The position numbers were made by a program, and so were the translations under genes. Below the pieces are notes generated by a model, which worked only from the letters and a program-made list of their open reading frames with translations, was not told where the DNA came from and made no database searches. From assembly GCA_964456525.1 (NCBI GenBank), contig CAYWAP010000005.1, positions 963 through 64,962 of the forward strand: a DNA stretch of 64,000 bases, in the 5' to 3' direction. Positions 8,224-16,539 of the stretch are shown here, in pieces. Positions within the stretch are counted from its first letter, which is position 1; every line of letters starts with the position of its first letter. Source of the DNA: an uncultured Oscillospiraceae bacterium. GTDB lineage: Bacteria; Bacillota; Clostridia; Oscillospirales; Oscillospiraceae.

Positions 8224-9879
8224 TTAGCACTCCAGAGCTTCCAGGGTGCAGGTCTGGGCAATGCTCTTGCGGATCTGCGCACGCAGCGGCAGAACCGAAG
8301 TGGGGCTGACGGACAGCTCATCGATGCCAATGGCCAGGAAGGTGGGCAGCATGGAGACATCCGCGCCCAGCTCACCGCAGATGCCGATCCAGATACCGGC
8401 GGCATGTGCAGCCTCTGTGGCCATCTTCAAGGCCCGCAGGACAGCAGGATGATGCGGATCGAAGAACTTACCAAGGTCATTGGCCTGACGGTCACAGGCC
8501 AGGGTGTACTGGGTCAGGTCGTTGGTGCCCACGGAGAAGAAGTCCACTTCCTTCGCCAGAGCGTCGGCGACGAAGACGGATGCCGGCGTCTCGATCATAA
8601 TGCCGATCTCCGTATTTTTGTTGTAGGGGATTCCCTCAGCATCCAGCTCGGCCATCACCTTGGCGCAGGCCCGCTTGCACTCCTTGACCTCCCAGACAGA
8701 GGTGATCATGGGGAACATAATGGCAACCTTGCCGTAAGCGGAGGCACGATACAGGGCGCGCAGCTGGGTGCGGAAGACCTCGGGGCGGTTCAGGCAGATG
8801 CGGATGGCCCGGACGCCCATGGCAGGATTTTCTTCCTTCTTCATATCGAAGTAATCCACCTGCTTATCCGCGCCGATGTCCAGCGTGCGGATGACAACGC
8901 GCTTGCCGTTCATGGCAGCGGCGACCTTCTTATACGCCTCAAACTGTTCCTCTTCGCTGGGATAGTCGGACGCGGCCAGATAGAGGAACTCGGAACGGAA
9001 CAGGCCAATGCCCTGGCCGTCGTTGTTGATGACCGCCTCGACATCCTCGGGAGAGCCGATGTTGCAATACAGCATGATCTTCTTGCCGTCCAGCGTGACA
9101 TCTTCCTGACCCTTCATCGTCTCCAGCAGGGCCTTCATCTCCGCCTGCTTCTGATGCTTTTCCTTAAAAGCGGCCAGCGTGGATTCATCCGGCTCCAGAA
9201 CCAGTTCGCCGGTCTCCCCGTCTATGTAAGCCTGGCGGCCTTCGTATTCTTCCTTCAGAGCCTCGCCAGCGCCGCAGATCGCGGGAATGCCCATGGTGCG
9301 GGCCAGAATGGCAGTGTGGGAGTTGCCGGAACCTTCCTGGGTTGCAAAGGCCAAAATCAGGGACTTATCCAACTGCAGCGTCTCAGAGGGAGCCAGATCG
9401 TCCGCTGCCAGAATAACGGGGACGTCGGAGTCGATTCCGCCGGCCACAATGCCCATCAGGTTATCCAGAATGCGGCGGGTGACATCCCGGACGTCTGCCG
9501 CACGGGCCTGCATATACGCATCGTCCATCCCGGCAAACATGGCGGCAAACTGCTCGCCCGCCTGCTCCACTGCGTACTCGACGTTGCAGGACTCGCTTTC
9601 CAGAACCTCCAGGATAGCGTCCTGCAGATCCTCGTCCTCAACAAACATCGCATGGGTTTCAAACAGGACAGCCGCCTCATCGCCGGCCTCTTCCCGGCAC
9701 TTTTCCGCCAGGGCCTCCAGCTGTTCGGTGGACTTGGCCTGGGCCTCCGCCAGCCGGGCCTTTTCCGCCTCCAGATCGGCAACCGTGGTCTTCACCACAG
9801 TGGTGTCCGGTCTTTTGAAGAAATACAGAGGGCCAGTGGAAACACCCTTTGAAACACCTTTGCCTTGGATCACGATCAT
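8224..9879 (-). CDS. ptsI: phosphoenolpyruvate-protein phosphotransferase (PTS Enzyme I)
   Basis: SHTAILAR phospho-His motif, GIGLFRSEFLYL, RTLDIGADK, MIETP, GTNDL, GICGE. Confidence 0.95.
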   Translation of the reverse strand: MIVIQGKGVSKGVSTGPLYFFKRPDTTVVKTTVADLEAEKARLAEAQAKSTEQLEALAEKCREEAGDEAAVLFETHAMFVEDEDLQDAILEVLESESCNVEYAVEQAGEQFAAMFAGMDDAYMQARAADVRDVTRRILDNLMGIVAGGIDSDVPVILAADDLAPSETLQLDKSLILAFATQEGSGNSHTAILARTMGIPAICGAGEALKEEYEGRQAYIDGETGELVLEPDESTLAAFKEKHQKQAEMKALLETMKGQEDVTLDGKKIMLYCNIGSPEDVEAVINNDGQGIGLFRSEFLYLAASDYPSEEEQFEAYKKVAAAMNGKRVVIRTLDIGADKQVDYFDMKKEENPAMGVRAIRICLNRPEVFRTQLRALYRASAYGKVAIMFPMITSVWEVKECKRACAKVMAELDAEGIPYNKNTEIGIMIETPASVFVADALAKEVDFFSVGTNDLTQYTLACDRQANDLGKFFDPHHPAVLRALKMATEAAHAAGIWIGICGELGADVSMLPTFLAIGIDELSVSPTSVLPLRAQIRKSIAQTCTLEALEC

Positions 9880-9984
9880 AAATACACACTCCCAAACACT
9901 TTTATGATAGAAATATACAATAAAAGTCTTCTCTGCCACAGGAACTCTCCGCCCCTGCTTTTGGCAGGTCACTTTATCAGAATT

Positions 9985-10013
9985 ATTGTACAAGGTTTAT
10001 GGGGATTTGTCAA
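9985..10013 (-). promoter_or_regulatory. sigma-A promoter for ptsI
   Basis: minus strand TTGACA-17bp-TACAAT. Confidence 0.75.
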
Positions 10014-10053
10014 CATTTTTTCAGCAAAACCAACGAAACTACCATTATTTTCC

Positions 10054-10087
10054 AAAATAAAATCCCCAAACCCGTCGGTTCAGGGAT
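10054..10087 (-). terminator. intrinsic terminator downstream of the TSCPD gene
   Basis: ATCCC.GAACC-GACG-GGTTT.GGGAT hairpin followed by TTTATTTT on the minus strand. Confidence 0.55.
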
Positions 10088-10190
10088 GGCGGACGGACGC
10101 AGGCCACCCGCATTTTGTCCACAACATTGTAGAAAATCGTTTTAAAAGTTCGTCAATTCCCGGGGATTCAGCATGAAATCTGCCCGACGA

Positions 10191-10451
10191 TTACCATTCG
10201 CCCCGCTCCTTGGCCAGCAGGAGGGCCGTGGCAATCTGATCCGGACAGGAGGTCTCTTTGAAGCCGCAGGTGGTGCCCTTCAGGCGTGCGATCACGTCAT
10301 CGGCCTTCATCCCCCGAACCAGGCTGGAGATTCCCTTTAAATTGCCGTTGCAGCCGCCGACTACACGCAGCTCCTGGATGACGCCATCCTCCACATCGAT
10401 TTCCATGCTGCGGGAACAAACCCCTTTGGGGGTATACTGAATGGTTTTCAT
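10191..10451 (-). CDS. TIGR03905 family TSCPD-domain protein
   Basis: KGVCSR, GGCNGNLKGI, CGFKETSCPDQ. Confidence 0.85.
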   Translation of the reverse strand: MKTIQYTPKGVCSRSMEIDVEDGVIQELRVVGGCNGNLKGISSLVRGMKADDVIARLKGTTCGFKETSCPDQIATALLLAKERGEW

Positions 10452-10614
10452 ATGTATATCTCTCCTTCTTCATCTCCGGGGCAGGGAATCCCCTGCCCCA
10501 GATTCCGGGTGAACAGAACCGGCAGCTGCCCGCGGCGGCCCGGTCATCCGGGCCCACCGCCTGGGAACCGGTCAAAGACCTCCTTCAAAGAGCGTCTGCC
10601 GGCCCTTAAATCCC

Positions 10615-11151
10615 TTAATAATTTGTCGCTCTGCGCTCAAAATAGGCCTGAGGATGGGCACAGACCGGGCAGACCTCCGGCGCCTGCGCGCCCACATGGA
10701 TATGGCCGCAGTTCCGGCAAATCCACACCGTCTGCTCATCCCCCGTCTTGAAGACAAGGTCATTCTCCACATTGGCGAGCAGTTTCAGATAACGCTCCTC
10801 ATGTTCCTTCTCGATGGCGCCCACCTTTTCAAACAAAAGGGCAATACGCTCAAATCCCTCTTCCCGGGCCTCTTCCGCCATGCGGGCGTACATCTCCGTC
10901 CACTCATAGTTTTCACCGGCTGCGGCGGATTTCAGATTGGACATGGTGTCGCCGATGCCTTCCAGCTCTTTGAACCAGAGCTTCGCATGCTCTTTTTCGT
11001 TGTCAGCCGTCTCCTGGAAGATGCTCGCAATCTGCTGGTAGCCTTCCTTGCGGGCTTTGGACGCAAAATAGGTGTACTTGTTGCGCGCCTCAGATTCGCC
11101 GGCAAACGCTTCCATCAAATTGGCTTCGGTTTTGCTTCCTTTGAGTTCCAT
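10615..11151 (-). CDS. rbr: rubrerythrin
   Basis: FAGESEARNKY, EKEH di-iron motifs, C-terminal rubredoxin CRNC...CPVC. Confidence 0.95.
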   Translation of the reverse strand: MELKGSKTEANLMEAFAGESEARNKYTYFASKARKEGYQQIASIFQETADNEKEHAKLWFKELEGIGDTMSNLKSAAAGENYEWTEMYARMAEEAREEGFERIALLFEKVGAIEKEHEERYLKLLANVENDLVFKTGDEQTVWICRNCGHIHVGAQAPEVCPVCAHPQAYFERRATNY

Positions 11152-11337
11152 AATGTTTCCTCCTTAAAAATATTTTCAAAACCTGCCGGCGCTCATCCAA
11201 GCATCGCTGCTTTGCACGTCCACAGGCTTTTGGCGAAACGAAAAGCCCGCACGTGAGATCTCAGGACAAGGCAGCGGGCGCAACGCCCTCTGTTGAGTAC
11301 CTTCCCGCGAAAACGGAATTCCCGATTCTCAAGAAAT

Positions 11338-11366
11338 AGTTTATCATAGCCGCCCGTGAATTGCAA
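11338..11366 (-). promoter_or_regulatory. sigma-A promoter for rbr
   Basis: minus strand TTGCAA-17bp-TAAACT with extended TG. Confidence 0.5.
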
Positions 11367-11462
11367 GCGCGCGCGAACCCATCAATTGCCTGATTACTTC
11401 CCGGCAAACAGGTCATACTGATACCGTCGAAATCCGACAAATATGAATCAGGAGGAACACTC

Positions 11463-11960
11463 ATGAAACGAACACTTCTCGCTGTGTCCGCGATTCTGGC
11501 GCTGATGCTGTCCCTGTCCGGCTGCAAAAGCTCTCAAAATACCGCTACCACGGATACGACCTCAAGCGCGGATCAGTCCTATGTCGCCGATGAGGACGGC
11601 GTCGTCCAGGACAGTGCTGACAGCTCCACCGTCACCGATCAGACCGATGACACGGACGTTGACGATGATGCCGGCACCGATACCGACCTGACCGACGCGG
11701 ACGAAGCAACCGACGAAAGTGCGGAAACCACCGCAGATGAGGAGGCCGCTGCCTCGACGAAAAGCCGAGCTGCGAGAAAAACGGCCCGCGGCGCCGCCCG
11801 CTCGTCCACACACAGGGCCACCGGCGACATGAAACGCGCACTGGATGACGCGGGACAGGCCGTTGAGGACATTGCAAACGGCGCTGCCGACGCGGTGGAC
11901 GACACCGTTGACGCGGCAGATGACGTGATGCGGGTTCCCAACTATAAATCCGCCGCCTAA
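11463..11960 (+). CDS. low-complexity acidic lipoprotein, function unknown
   Basis: Lipobox LSGC after a hydrophobic signal; AGGAGG SD; D/T/S/A-rich body. Confidence 0.75.
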   Translation: MKRTLLAVSAILALMLSLSGCKSSQNTATTDTTSSADQSYVADEDGVVQDSADSSTVTDQTDDTDVDDDAGTDTDLTDADEATDESAETTADEEAAASTKSRAARKTARGAARSSTHRATGDMKRALDDAGQAVEDIANGAADAVDDTVDAADDVMRVPNYKSAA

Positions 11961-12006
11961 TCAGGTTCTCTGTGGGACAAAGCTCAGAGCGCGGCCAAAC
12001 TTCACC

Positions 12007-12042
12007 CCAATGAATGCGGCGATGAAACGCCGCATTCATTGG
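12007..12042. terminator. perfect 15-bp hairpin between convergent genes
   Basis: CCAATGAATGCGGCG-6nt-CGCCGCATTCATTGG; no U-tract. Confidence 0.55.
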
Positions 12043-12058
12043 TCATTCCCGAGGGCTG

Positions 12059-12427
12059 CTATACTTCTTTTTCTCTTGGCCCAATGCCGAAACTCACAGC
12101 AATGGCGTGATCCACCTGGGCCATCTTCTCCCCTTCCAGGCGGCCCATCCGCTCCCGGAGGCGCTTTTTGTCCAGCGTGCGGATCTGCTCCAGGAGAACA
12201 ACCGAGTCCCTGGTCAATCCACAGTGCTGATCGATCAGTTCGATGTGTGTGGGCAGCTTTGCCTTGTTCATCTGCGACGTGATGGCCGCCGCAATGACGG
12301 TGGGACTGTGCCGGTTCCCCATATCGTTCTGGATAATGAGTACCGGACGAATGCCGCCCTGCTCACTGCCCACCACCGGGCTCAGGTCGGCGTAGTAAAT
12401 GTCGCCTCTTCGAATACTGGTATCCAC
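12059..12427 (-). CDS. mazF: MazF/PemK family endoribonuclease toxin (EndoA type)
   Basis: [29 protein letters not shown]...AAITS...LPTH...[10 protein letters not shown]; GTG start after GGAG. Confidence 0.93.
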   Translation of the reverse strand: MDTSIRRGDIYYADLSPVVGSEQGGIRPVLIIQNDMGNRHSPTVIAAAITSQMNKAKLPTHIELIDQHCGLTRDSVVLLEQIRTLDKKRLRERMGRLEGEKMAQVDHAIAVSFGIGPREKEV

Positions 12428-12646
12428 AATTTCACACTCCGCAGTCATATGGAATCGCTGAGCGCTTCAGCCCTTCCACTGATAGTTTCCTGTCACACGT
12501 TTATGTAACAGGTTGCTATCATTGTCCCACATTCCGCACGGTTTTATACCGCCCGGCACGGGAACTGTTCCAGACTATGCCGCAGGATTCAACGGGGTTC
12601 GCCAAAAAACACGCCTTCCGGCTGTTGTCCGGAAGACGTGCCCGAT

Positions 12647-13288
12647 TCACTGGAGTTGGGACGCCAACAAGGCGGCTTCGCATTGAACGGCCTGGAAAAA
12701 CTGGCCTATGTGCCGGCCATCCACCAGGGCGTGGTGGCACTGGATGGAAAGGGGCAGGACGGTTCTCCCCTCCCGCAGGTGGTATTTGCCCCAGAGCACC
12801 CGGGGATTGCTGTCCGCAGGGTAGGGCGTGGGCTGCACCACACCGGTGAAGGTCATCCAGGGCAGGGTGGAGAAAAAGAACAGACGGCCCACATCCCCCT
12901 CGTCCGTCAGGGAGCGCATCTCCCGAGCCCGCGCCTGCTCCTGTCTGGCATAGGTGAGAAACGCGTCATAGGGCATGCCGGTCTCCAGCTCACAGTAGCA
13001 GTACGTGCCGTCCTCCAGCGCCAGCGTATGGGAGGTGACGCAGCGGTCATACTCGGCGATTTTCCCGTCCACAATGCGCTGACGCAGCTCCGGGACGCTG
13101 TTGGCCGCCTGGGAGATCACATAGCAAAAGGTGAGAAACACCGGCAGCTTTTTGGTTCGAATCCGCTCTGCCAGCTCGGTGACATCCACCTCAGCGGTCA
13201 GGCCAACATAGGGATAGGCCAGGGAACAGAAGTGGTCAAAGTGCTTCTTGCGGGGATATGTATCCATATCCAGAAAATGACAGGACAT
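12647..13288 (-). CDS. chloramphenicol acetyltransferase (CatA-like) family O-acetyltransferase
   Basis: RKKHFDHF N-terminus, FSTLPWMTFT, WGKY, catalytic HHALVDG. Confidence 0.85.
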   Translation of the reverse strand: MSCHFLDMDTYPRKKHFDHFCSLAYPYVGLTAEVDVTELAERIRTKKLPVFLTFCYVISQAANSVPELRQRIVDGKIAEYDRCVTSHTLALEDGTYCYCELETGMPYDAFLTYARQEQARAREMRSLTDEGDVGRLFFFSTLPWMTFTGVVQPTPYPADSNPRVLWGKYHLREGRTVLPLSIQCHHALVDGRHIGQFFQAVQCEAALLASQLQ

Positions 13289-13353
13289 TTTTTCTTATCT
13301 CCTTTGTGAAACCAGTCCGGGCGCCGAACCGTCTCAGCCGTCCGGCCCCTCTC

Positions 13354-14478
13354 TCATTCGGAAAGATACACCCGTGGCACACGGGGGGAAATATCGCACA
13401 GCAGTTCATAGGTGATGGTGCCCAGCGTGTCCGCCTTTTCCTCCAGGGGAATCCCATCCCCAAAGATGGTGATAACATCCCCCACCTGAACCTCAGGCAG
13501 ATCGGTGACGTCAATCATGCACATGTCCATACAGACCCGGCCAATCTGCCGGACCCGACGGCCCCGGAGCAGAAACTCCTGCCGGGAGGACAGCAGCCGA
13601 AACAGCCCGTCCCCATAGCCCATGGGGACAACCGCCACAAGGCTGTCCCGGTTCAGGGTGTATGTGCGCCCATAACTGATGCAGGCCCCTTTGGGAAGGC
13701 GTTTGACAGAGGCCACCCGGCTTTTCACTTCCATAACCGGCTTGATGTCAATCATGCCGTCACAGGTGTGGTCGGGGAAGTGGCCAAAGAGCAGAATGCC
13801 CGGCCGGATCAGATCATAATGTACTTCGGGGTAGTTCAGCGTGGCGGCGCCGGCGCAGCAGCTCTTGATGGCAAAGGTGCAGCCCCGTCTTTCCAGCTTG
13901 CCCATCATGGCCTGAAAGCGCCTGATCTGCATGCGTGAGTACTCCGGACAGGTATCCGCGTCGGAGAAGTGCTGGAACGCCCCGACGGCATCCAGCCCCT
14001 CCAGGCGATACATGGCCTCCAACTCGTCCGCAGCGGTATGAAAATTCGCCTCGTCGCACAAAATGCCCAGGCGGCTCATGCCGGTATCCAGCTTGAGAAA
14101 GCTCTTCAGCCTTCCCCCCGCGGCAAGGGCTGCGGCAGACTGCTCCTTTGCCATCTCCAGGTCGTAAACGGCCTGATGAAGATGGTAGTGAATCAGCTCA
14201 CGGGTATAGGTCGCCGGTGTGAAGCCCAGAACCAGAATATCTGCCTGAATCCCCGCTTCCCGCAGCTCCACGGCTTCGTCCAAACAGGCAGTCAACAGGA
14301 ATTCCGCACCAAGCTCCTCCAGCTTTTTCCCCACGGGAACGGCGCCATGCCCATAGGCGTTGGCCTTAACCAGCCCTCCAAACCGGCTATGCGGAGCCCG
14401 GCCGCGCAGGGCGTGATAGTTCCACGCCAGACGATCCAGGTGGATCTCGGCCCATGTGCGTTTTGTCTTATCATTCAT
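13354..14478 (-). CDS. alr: alanine racemase
   Basis: VKANAYGHG PLP lysine, KLDTGMSRLG, ISYG, GYGDG, GRVCMD, ITYE. Confidence 0.95.
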   Translation of the reverse strand: MNDKTKRTWAEIHLDRLAWNYHALRGRAPHSRFGGLVKANAYGHGAVPVGKKLEELGAEFLLTACLDEAVELREAGIQADILVLGFTPATYTRELIHYHLHQAVYDLEMAKEQSAAALAAGGRLKSFLKLDTGMSRLGILCDEANFHTAADELEAMYRLEGLDAVGAFQHFSDADTCPEYSRMQIRRFQAMMGKLERRGCTFAIKSCCAGAATLNYPEVHYDLIRPGILLFGHFPDHTCDGMIDIKPVMEVKSRVASVKRLPKGACISYGRTYTLNRDSLVAVVPMGYGDGLFRLLSSRQEFLLRGRRVRQIGRVCMDMCMIDVTDLPEVQVGDVITIFGDGIPLEEKADTLGTITYELLCDISPRVPRVYLSE

Positions 14479-14504
14479 GCGGGATCGCCTCTTTCGTATT
14501 ACAG

Positions 14505-15110
14505 TCACTCTTTGCTCTCAAGGGTGAGCTGGGCAGAGTCCAGCTCCAGCGTGATGATCGTGCGTCCGTCTTCCGCAATTTCAGCCCGGCGCAGCAGGTA
14601 TGTGTCCGGGTCAAACGCGCAGGAGATGGTGCTGCTCTCCGTCTCGGTGTTCTGAAACTCCACCCAAAGGAGTTGGGTTCCCTCCTCTTCCTCCAGACTG
14701 TACCCCAGGAGCATGCCCCCCTTGCAGGCTTTCAGAATCGCCGGAACCGCGTCCGCCGGGGAGAAGCCGCTCTCGGACAGCTCCCCGGTCTCCAGACTGA
14801 CAGCGTCTACATTGATGCTCAGCTGATCGTCCGTCCACTGGATCACCGTGCCGCTGATATTTTCCGGGGACGTAACGGTCATCGAACCGGAAGTTTCATC
14901 CCCCTCAATGTCCACCGTATAGGTGTAAACCCGGTCGGAATAGTCCGCCGTGATCTCTCCAGAGGCGGTCAGACTCTCCATCGACTGATAGAGACTTCGC
15001 ATCTCCTGCACCTGCTGCTCCGTGGTGCTCTGCTCCGATGTACAGCCGGTGAGCAGAACCACCCCCAGCAGCAGGGCGGTTATCTTTGGTACACCATGGT
15101 TCAGGTGCAT
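14505..15110 (-). CDS. LolA-like (YdcC-type) lipoprotein
   Basis: Lipobox LTGC; predicted beta-rich body; position directly upstream of alr; GGAGG SD. Confidence 0.6.
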   Translation of the reverse strand: MHLNHGVPKITALLLGVVLLTGCTSEQSTTEQQVQEMRSLYQSMESLTASGEITADYSDRVYTYTVDIEGDETSGSMTVTSPENISGTVIQWTDDQLSINVDAVSLETGELSESGFSPADAVPAILKACKGGMLLGYSLEEEEGTQLLWVEFQNTETESSTISCAFDPDTYLLRRAEIAEDGRTIITLELDSAQLTLESKE

Positions 15111-15142
15111 CCATTTTCCTCCAAAGGTTTTTCGCTGTGCCT

Positions 15143-16003
15143 TTATTCCAAGGCCTTCAGAACCGGGGACAGCATGGTCAACAGGTCGCTGGGGGTCATA
15201 TACCGCTCCCCAAACCGCCGTTTGCACAGATCTCCCGCCCTGCCATGTACCCAGACCGCCGCTGCCGCCGCTTTCTGGGGCTCCATGCCCTGGGCCAAAA
15301 AGGAAACCACCAGCCCGGCGAGGACATCGCCGCTGCCGCCCTTTGCCATGCCGGCGTTGCCGGTTGTGTTGACATAGGCCGCCCCGTCCGGTCCGGCGAC
15401 AATCGTCCGATGTCCCTTCAGCACGACAACCGATCTGGCCGCCGCCGCCAGGGCAAGGGCGTCTCGTTCCCGGTTCTCCCCGGGAGCGTGCCCGGCCAGA
15501 CGCTGAAACTCCCCGTCATGGGGGGTCAAGATGGTGGCCTCCCTCCGCTCGGACAGTATATGCATATGCCCGCTGACGGCGTTTAGACCATCCGCGTCCA
15601 ACACAAGGGGTTTGGCAACGGACTGTGCCAGCCCGCAGATCAGCCGGTCCGATTCCCCGCTCCTTCCCATGCCGGGGCCGATCAGCACGGCGTCGCACTG
15701 GCCTGCCCGGTCCAGCACTGCCGGAAGGGCGGCATAGGCGGCCTTTCCCTCCCGATCCGGGACGGGCGCGGCCATGGCCTCATCGCACTTTATGGCGACA
15801 ATCGGATAGCTGCACCGGGGCGTGTGCAAAAATACCAAACCGGTTCCGCCCCGAACCGCCCCGCAGGCGGCAAACACAGGCGCGCCGGTGAAGCCCTCGC
15901 TGCCGGCCAGAATACACACCTTGCCAAAGGTGCCCTTGTGGCCGTCCTCCGGGCGGCGGGGCATCCAGCTGCGCACCAGCCCCTCTGTCACCGGAACTGC
16001 CAT
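15143..16003 (-). CDS. nnrD: ADP-dependent NAD(P)H-hydrate dehydratase (no epimerase domain)
   Basis: HKGTFG, AGSEGFTGA, GPGMG, LDADGL, LTPHDGEF, LKG, GGSGDVLAG. Confidence 0.92.
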   Translation of the reverse strand: MAVPVTEGLVRSWMPRRPEDGHKGTFGKVCILAGSEGFTGAPVFAACGAVRGGTGLVFLHTPRCSYPIVAIKCDEAMAAPVPDREGKAAYAALPAVLDRAGQCDAVLIGPGMGRSGESDRLICGLAQSVAKPLVLDADGLNAVSGHMHILSERREATILTPHDGEFQRLAGHAPGENRERDALALAAAARSVVVLKGHRTIVAGPDGAAYVNTTGNAGMAKGGSGDVLAGLVVSFLAQGMEPQKAAAAAVWVHGRAGDLCKRRFGERYMTPSDLLTMLSPVLKALE

Positions 16004-16404
16004 CAGCGCACCGTGACGTGGAGCTGGCCCAGGTGCTTTTTGTTATTCCGGGCGCTGTAAAGCAGCCCGCCCAAAAATCCCGCGCCGCCGGCAAAGACAA
16101 AGAACAGAATCACGACGTTGAGCAAGTTGGCTGCCGCCGCGTTAACATACTCCCCATCCTCATCCACGGGGAGATAGAGCTCCATGCCGTAATTCAGCAG
16201 CATGCCGATCAGAATCACGATGCCAAACGCAATCCACAGCCGCTTGGCGAAGATGCGCCCGGCTTTCCAACGCTCCACCGTATCCTCGTCCAGCAGCTGG
16301 CCCCCCGGCGCGCCGATGCTGCGAATCTTCTCCGCGCGCTTAATGTCGTAAAGGGGCCAGAAGATAAAGGCAAAAATGCCAACCATCAAACCTAACATGA
16401 CCAT
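16003..16404 (-). CDS. hypothetical three-TM membrane protein
   Basis: Three hydrophobic segments; GAGG SD; stop/start overlap with nnrD. Confidence 0.65.
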   Translation of the reverse strand: MVMLGLMVGIFAFIFWPLYDIKRAEKIRSIGAPGGQLLDEDTVERWKAGRIFAKRLWIAFGIVILIGMLLNYGMELYLPVDEDGEYVNAAAANLLNVVILFFVFAGGAGFLGGLLYSARNNKKHLGQLHVTVR

Positions 16405-16503
16405 TCACCTCGTCTATCCTTATCCATAGCGGTCCAAAATGCGGGGCGCCGCCCCGCTCTGTCACACAGTGTAGCAGTTTTTCCACAAGATTTCAATTTT
16501 TAC

Positions 16504-16532
16504 TTGCAAGTTTTTTCCGCTTGTGCTATAAA
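16504..16532 (+). promoter_or_regulatory. sigma-A promoter for T-box-pheST
   Basis: TTGCAA-17bp-TATAAA with extended TG. Confidence 0.7.
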
Positions 16533-16539
16533 TAGGGTA

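Noticed and set aside
10115-10155. Independent sRNA promoter (TTGACG-19-TACAAT) before the 10054-10087 terminator
   Set aside because: The 19-bp spacer is poor, and the terminator is adequately explained by the upstream gene.
10297-10584. Perfect AAGGAGGT followed by a 92-aa TTG ORF between rbr and the TSCPD gene, plus GC hairpins at 10467-10560
   Set aside because: SD-to-start spacing is too short, the ORF overlaps the TSCPD gene out of frame, and it has no motifs. The hairpins look like ordinary intergenic stems.
12428-12448. MTAECE extension as a remnant of the antitoxin C-terminus
   Set aside because: The same bases are explained as the mazF SD (GGAG), and the upstream frame is closed within a few codons with no RHH similarity.
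13154-13164. GGTTCGAATCC, resembling a tRNA T-arm
   Set aside because: It lies inside the CAT-family CDS, and no acceptor, D or anticodon arms can be folded around it.
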